64,000 bases of DNA from an uncultured Gemmatimonadales bacterium. GTDB lineage: Bacteria > Gemmatimonadota > Gemmatimonadetes > Gemmatimonadales > Gemmatimonadaceae. The translations under genes were made by a program, and so were the position numbers. The stretch is from positions 192,001 to 256,000 of the forward strand of contig CAVPQB010000004.1 of NCBI GenBank assembly GCA_963707505.1. The letters are read 5' to 3'. The notes under the pieces were generated by a model. That model searched no databases, was not told the origin of the DNA, and saw only the letters and a program-made list of their open reading frames with translations. Shown here piece by piece: positions 59,531 to 64,000 of this stretch (positions within the stretch are counted from its first letter, which is position 1; each line of letters begins with the position of its first letter).

Positions 59531-59588
59531 CGCTTTCTCCCTGTCTTTGGTTTTTGTCGATACTGGCTCAGCGCCGCGGACGACGCGT

Positions 59589-60048
59589 TCAGATTGTCTC
59601 GGCCGACTCCGGGATCCTCGCGAGCAGGTCGACGAGCTTTCCGCCCATCATCTTCCAGCCGTAGCGCGCGCCGCCGAAGTTCTGCTTCTGGTCCGGCTTG
59701 AAGCCCGACTGCACGAGCGACAGGCGCGTGCCCGACGCCGTGGGCGTGAGCGTGAAGGTCACGACGGTGTCGCATGTCGCCGACGACCCACGTGTAGCTG
59801 AGCTTCCTGTGCGCTTCGATCTCGAGGATCCGGCAGTTCACGGTGCCGTCCCAACCGGGCTGCGGCTGCGTCTTGAACGTGAACGCCGCCCCCGGCTCGA
59901 GCTTGAGATCGACGACGGGCAGGAGCCACTCCGCGAGCAGCACGGGGTCGGTGAGCGCGCGCCACACCTTCTCCGGCGGATGATGCAAATCGAATTCGAA
60001 CGAAATGGATTCGGTCTGCGATGGTGCGGTCTTGTCGATCGGAGTCAT
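59589..60048 (-). CDS. SRPBCC/AHSA1 domain protein (frameshift near 59772)
   Basis: PPEKVWRALTDP..LAEW and LSYTW, then VVTFTL..GARYGWKMM in another frame. Confidence 0.85.
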
Positions 60049-60375
60049 TCGTCCATTTTCTCCAGCAGTCGTTCGAGGCGATCGACGTGCTCCGTCCAGA
60101 AGGCGCGGTAGTGCGCGATCCAGTCGATGAGCGGCTTCATCCCGCGCGGCTCCACCCGGTAGTAGACGCAGCGCCCCTCGCGCCGGCCGTTCACCAGGCC
60201 GGCGTCTTTCAAGCGCGGCGAGATGCTGCGAGACCGCCGGCTGCGAGATGTCGAAGCGCGCCGTGAGGTCCTTCACCGCCGCTTCGCCGCGCGTGAGCGA
60301 CTCGAAGATCGCCCGGCGGCTGGGGTCCGCCAGCGCCTGGAAGATCTTGTTCTCGACCGCGGCCGCGCTCTGCAT
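60045..60375 (-). CDS. ArsR/SmtB transcriptional regulator (frameshift near 60210)
   Basis: FQALADPSRRAI and SQPAVSQHL motifs. Confidence 0.88.
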
Positions 60376-60381
60376 GCGCAA

Positions 60382-60410
60382 ACAATAAGCCGATACTTAT
60401 TGATTGTCAA
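60382..60410 (-). promoter_or_regulatory. sigma70 promoter (TTGACA-17-TATTGT) overlapped by palindromic operator CAATAAG-N6-CTTATTG
   Basis: -35 at 60405-60410, -10 at 60382-60387, inverted repeat at 60383-60402. Confidence 0.75.
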
Positions 60411-60482
60411 GCACGGGTCGCAAGATCGGTCGCGCACCGCGGTCAAGGTCACCTGCGTAAGGCGCCTGACTTTCGCGCTTCG

Positions 60483-60989
60483 CTAACTCTTCGCCGGCAC
60501 CAGCTTGGTACTGCGTGTGATGAACAGCAGTGTCACCGCGATCGCGACGGCGGCGGTAATGGCGCATGACAACACGACGCCCCATACCAGGCCTGCCTGG
60601 GCTGCCTTTACGAGATACGACGTCCACAGTTTTTGAAGTCCGACATCGAGCGCGCCAGCCAGCGCACCGGACATTGCAGCGCCGACGGCAAGCATCCCCT
60701 TTCCGGTGAGCCGGCCGCGGACTCTTCCAGAGATCACCAGCGCAAGCCAGCAGGCTACCGCCGCCACCGTCGTGCGCTCCACGAGACGGATCATCGCGTT
60801 GCGCCAGATCGCCGGCATGATGCTGGCGCCGAGCAACTTGCGAAACAGCATGTTGAGCGGAACTACGCCAATCGCGAACACGAGCACCGCGTACGCGATC
60901 GCGAAGAGCAGTATGACGAGTGATACGCGGATCACCCGTGGAGAAGCCGAGCCGTAGAGGTGGCCTCTGGAGTCTGTTCTAGCCATCAT
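60483..60989 (-). CDS. Hypothetical 4-TM membrane protein
   Basis: Four hydrophobic segments. Confidence 0.6.
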   Translation of the reverse strand: MMARTDSRGHLYGSASPRVIRVSLVILLFAIAYAVLVFAIGVVPLNMLFRKLLGASIMPAIWRNAMIRLVERTTVAAVACWLALVISGRVRGRLTGKGMLAVGAAMSGALAGALDVGLQKLWTSYLVKAAQAGLVWGVVLSCAITAAVAIAVTLLFITRSTKLVPAKS

Positions 60990-61058
60990 GTCCAAAAGAC
61001 TGAGAAGCGTGCAGATCGGTCACCGGTGGTCGCTCCGGGACCCCGGTGCAGCCGGGAG

Positions 61059-61739
61059 TCAGGCTGGGCGCGCGATGGTCGGACTCGCCGACAGCTCGCG
61101 CGCCAACGCCATCAGCTGCCGTGGATCTCCGGGCGATTCGACGTATGGAAAGCTCACCACCGGAACTGTGAGCAGCAATTCCTTGAGTAATGCCTGATTG
61201 GTGCGCTCCGCAGTGCCGCCCCGCCCCCTGGAGAGCGTCGTCAGCACGACAGCGCGAACACGCAGCCCGTGCTCTCGCACGATCTGAAGATTCATGAGAA
61301 CCTGACTGACTGAACCCACACTATTTGGCGACACGATCACGATGTCGAGTCCCCATCGCCTGAACAGTGTCGCGAAACTCTCGCTCTCAGTGATCGGCGC
61401 CAACAATCCGCCTGCTTCCTCCACGACCACCGCATCGCTCATCGTGCAAAGCTCGGCGAAAGCGCGATCCAGCATCTCGACGTCGATCGGTGAATGGCCG
61501 CGCCGCGAGGAGACCAGCGGCGAAGCCGCATCCTCGAATGCAACAGGTTCCACGAGCCGGTGGGGACAGTTGATGCCGGACGCCGCTGTCATCTGCTCGA
61601 TGTCGCCCGATCCACGACGGCCAATCGGCTTCATGGGCGCGACACGAGCTCCCGCCTCGCGCATCGCAGCGATGATCGCGCATGCGACCACCGTTTTCCC
61701 GACGCCGCTATCCGTGCCGACGACGCCGATTCGCGTCAA
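61059..61739 (-). CDS. bioD: Dethiobiotin synthase-like protein (divergent motifs)
   Basis: GTDSGVGKT, MKP, ASP and VVEEAGGLLAP motifs. Confidence 0.75.
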   Translation of the reverse strand: MTRIGVVGTDSGVGKTVVACAIIAAMREAGARVAPMKPIGRRGSGDIEQMTAASGINCPHRLVEPVAFEDAASPLVSSRRGHSPIDVEMLDRAFAELCTMSDAVVVEEAGGLLAPITESESFATLFRRWGLDIVIVSPNSVGSVSQVLMNLQIVREHGLRVRAVVLTTLSRGRGGTAERTNQALLKELLLTVPVVSFPYVESPGDPRQLMALARELSASPTIARPA

Positions 61740-61746
61740 CGCGATT

Positions 61747-62166
61747 TCACTCGCCAGTCAGTGACAGCGTCCAGTCCACCGGAATGTCCTCTCTCAGTGA
61801 ATCCCGGACCGAACAGTATTTGGTGACGGAGAGATCGATCGCGCGCTCCGCGTGAGCGCGCTCGATCCCGGCTCCGCCAATCTCGAAATTGAGCGTCGCG
61901 CGCGCGAGTCTCCGCGGAGTGCCGTCCACGCGTTCCGCCTTGACGTTCACACTGAGCGAGCTGACCGGTGTCCGTCGCTTGGCGAGAATGTCCACCACGT
62001 CGACCGACACGCAGCTGGCCAGCGCGCAGAGCAGCGTGTCGACCATGCCAGGCCCCGTCTTCGCCGATGAGTCGAGATGAATGGTTGGACCGCCGGGGCG
62101 CCCACCCTCGAACTGTCCCTCGCCAGCCCAGACCACCGTTACTTCCGCCGGTATCGTCCCGCTCAC
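61747..62166 (-). CDS. OsmC-family protein (YhfA-like)
   Basis: [13 protein letters not shown] and KYCSV motifs. Confidence 0.88.
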   Translation of the reverse strand: MSGTIPAEVTVVWAGEGQFEGGRPGGPTIHLDSSAKTGPGMVDTLLCALASCVSVDVVDILAKRRTPVSSLSVNVKAERVDGTPRRLARATLNFEIGGAGIERAHAERAIDLSVTKYCSVRDSLREDIPVDWTLSLTGE

Positions 62167-63042
62167 GAGCCGACCGCGATGGGCGCGCGCACAGTGTTGC
62201 CCCATTCGGTCCACGATCCGTCATAGTTTCTGACGTTGGGATAGCCGAGGAGGTAGGTGAGGACGAACCAGGTATGCGCGGAGCGCTCGCCGATGCGGCA
62301 GTAGGTGATGATTTCGTCCGACGCTCCGAGGCCCTGCTCGCGCTCGTAGATCGCTGCGCAGATCCGCAGCCGACTTGAAGGTTGAATCGCTGTCGGCGGC
62401 TCGTGCCCACGGGACCGAGCGAGCGCCGGGAATGTGGCCGCCGCGGAGCGTTCCTTCCTGAGGATAGTCGGCCATGTGTGTGCGCTCGCCCGTGAATTCC
62501 TGAGGACTTCGTACGTCGACCAGCGGTTTCGCAGCTTTTGATTGTGCGAGCGCGTCGCCGGAGAATGCGCGAATCTTCTCGTCGGAGCGTGGTGGCGCGT
62601 CGTAGGAAGTGCGCGGGAACGACGGACGCTCGCTATTCATCGGACGGCCTTCAGCTTCCCACTTGGCGCGCCCACCATCCAGCAGCCGAATGTTCTCGAA
62701 GCCGAACAGCTTGAACACCCACAGCGCATACGCGGCCCACCAGTTGTTCTTGTCGCCGTAGAGCACGACGGTTTTCGACTCGTCGATCCCACGCGAGCGA
62801 AGCAGTTCCTGAAACTGTTCGCGGCTCACGTAGTCGCGAATCACGGAATCATTCAGATCGGTGTGCCAGTCGAGCTTCTGCGCGCCTGGAATGTGTGCGA
62901 CTTCGTACAGCAGCACATCTTCGTCACATTCGAGTATACGGATCGAATCATCACCAAGTCGTTCAGCGAGCCATTCGGTGCTCACGAGAGCTTCGGGATG
63001 CGCGTATCTCTTTGCAGCGATTACGGGGTCGACTTCACTCAT
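62163..63042 (-). CDS. Tandem-rhodanese sulfurtransferase (frameshift near 62350)
   Basis: LVSTEWL, HIPGA and [16 protein letters not shown] and YDGSWTEWG in the shifted frame. Confidence 0.92.
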
Positions 63043-63082
63043 AAAACATCAGTTTGTGAGGGGCGGTTATTATATGATGAAT

Positions 63083-63448
63083 ATGGCACCGTTACCAAGG
63101 CCAATGGAACCGTATTCGCGCCACATCATCATCTGCACCGGCGGCTATTGCTCACCGGAGCGCCGCGGCCGCTCGCTGTACACGCTGCTGGCATCGCTGC
63201 TTCAGCGCGAGGGATTGCTGTTCGGGCCGAATCGTGTGAAGCGGGGCGAGACTCCGTGTCTTGGAGTTTGCGAGGGCGGGCCGATAGCCGTCGTCTATCC
63301 TGAAGGTGTGTGGTACGCCGGCGTGACACCCGAGCTTCTCGAGCGAATAGTGGTCGAGCATCTCAAGGGCGGCCACGTTGTGGAAGAGGCCGTGTTCCAC
63401 CGCGTAACACCGGGTGGCGATACGACCGGTTTGCGTGGATCGCGTTGA
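63083..63448 (+). CDS. Thioredoxin-like [2Fe-2S] ferredoxin
   Basis: HIIICTGGYC, CLGVCEGGP, VVYPEGVWY and EHL.GG motifs. Confidence 0.9.
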   Translation: MAPLPRPMEPYSRHIIICTGGYCSPERRGRSLYTLLASLLQREGLLFGPNRVKRGETPCLGVCEGGPIAVVYPEGVWYAGVTPELLERIVVEHLKGGHVVEEAVFHRVTPGGDTTGLRGSR

Positions 63449-63522
63449 TGTAACACACATGGCACGCGCTCTGCCAATGACTGTGCTACATGAAATGCCG
63501 AGGTCGCGCGTCGCTCGCAGCA

Positions 63523-64000
63523 ATGCGATTCTGCGCTACCACACTACTTGTCTGCGCCACGATTCCACTAGCCGCATGCAATCGCAAGGCAAGCAGCGCG
63601 AGTAGCGCGGGTGGCGCCACAACTGCGCGCGGTACCGTCGACGTTGCGCGTGCCGATCGCGACCTGCGCACAGCGATGGCCGACAGCGCTGACTGGCCCG
63701 CTTACGGACGAGACTTCAGCAACCAGCGCTTCTCGCCACTCACCCAGATCAACACGCGCAACGTGGGCCAGCTTGCGCCTGCCTGGGTGTATCACACCGG
63801 AATTGTCTCCGGCTTCGAGACGAGTCCGGTAGTCGTTGGCGGCGTGATGTACATCTCGACGCCGCTCAATCACGTCGTCGCGCTGGACGCCGCCACGGGC
63901 GCAAAGAAGTGGGAGTACACCCACGAATACAGGACGACCGTTGACTGTTGTGGTCCGATCAATCGCGGCGTCACGGTTTACGGTGGTCGGGTTTACATGG
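63523..64000 (+). CDS. PQQ-dependent alcohol dehydrogenase-like lipoprotein (3' truncated by window)
   Basis: Manual translation: LAAC lipobox, DWPAYGRDFSNQRFSPLTQIN..NV, ETSPVV, ALDAATG..KW and CCGPINRGV. Confidence 0.88.
   Translation, partial: MRFCATTLLVCATIPLAACNRKASSASSAGGATTARGTVDVARADRDLRTAMADSADWPAYGRDFSNQRFSPLTQINTRNVGQLAPAWVYHTGIVSGFETSPVVVGGVMYISTPLNHVVALDAATGAKKWEYTHEYRTTVDCCGPINRGVTVYGGRVYM

Overview
High-GC bacterial chromosomal segment, most likely Gemmatimonadota. This is inferred from the kinase N-terminal signature ALADRYTIERELGAGGMATVYLAED, the SusC/SusD pairs with VPS10-type propellers and the overall gene mix. No rRNA, tRNA, CRISPR, integrase or transposase was seen. In order, the window holds: a cluster of Ser/Thr kinase + TolB-like propeller genes (one intact, one partial, two remnants); queG; an operon of a small YIDP-motif peptide missing from the ORF track, a kinase-like/SAM-methyltransferase fusion and a membrane alkaline-phosphatase-superfamily enzyme; two SusC/SusD loci with VPS10/BNR proteins and a TolB-PHP hydrolase; LOG and deoxyhypusine-synthase-like genes; assorted small housekeeping genes; a DEAD-box helicase divergent from an acyl-ACP desaturase; greA with a leader terminator; fadI-fadJ, an M14 peptidase, proline dehydrogenase and rsgA; an ArsR-SRPBCC-VOC-DUF1801 operon; a divergent BioD, OsmC, rhodanese, ferredoxin and the start of a PQQ dehydrogenase. 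A GTCATYCC..GGRAT REP family is scattered through the window. Dense frameshift patches (about 17-19 kb, 51-57 kb, 59.7-60.2 kb) look like sequencing or assembly indels. The best candidate for an undescribed system is the peptide / kinase-methyltransferase / phosphotransferase triad at 7.7-10.9 kb. All family calls come from motif recognition by eye, not database searches.
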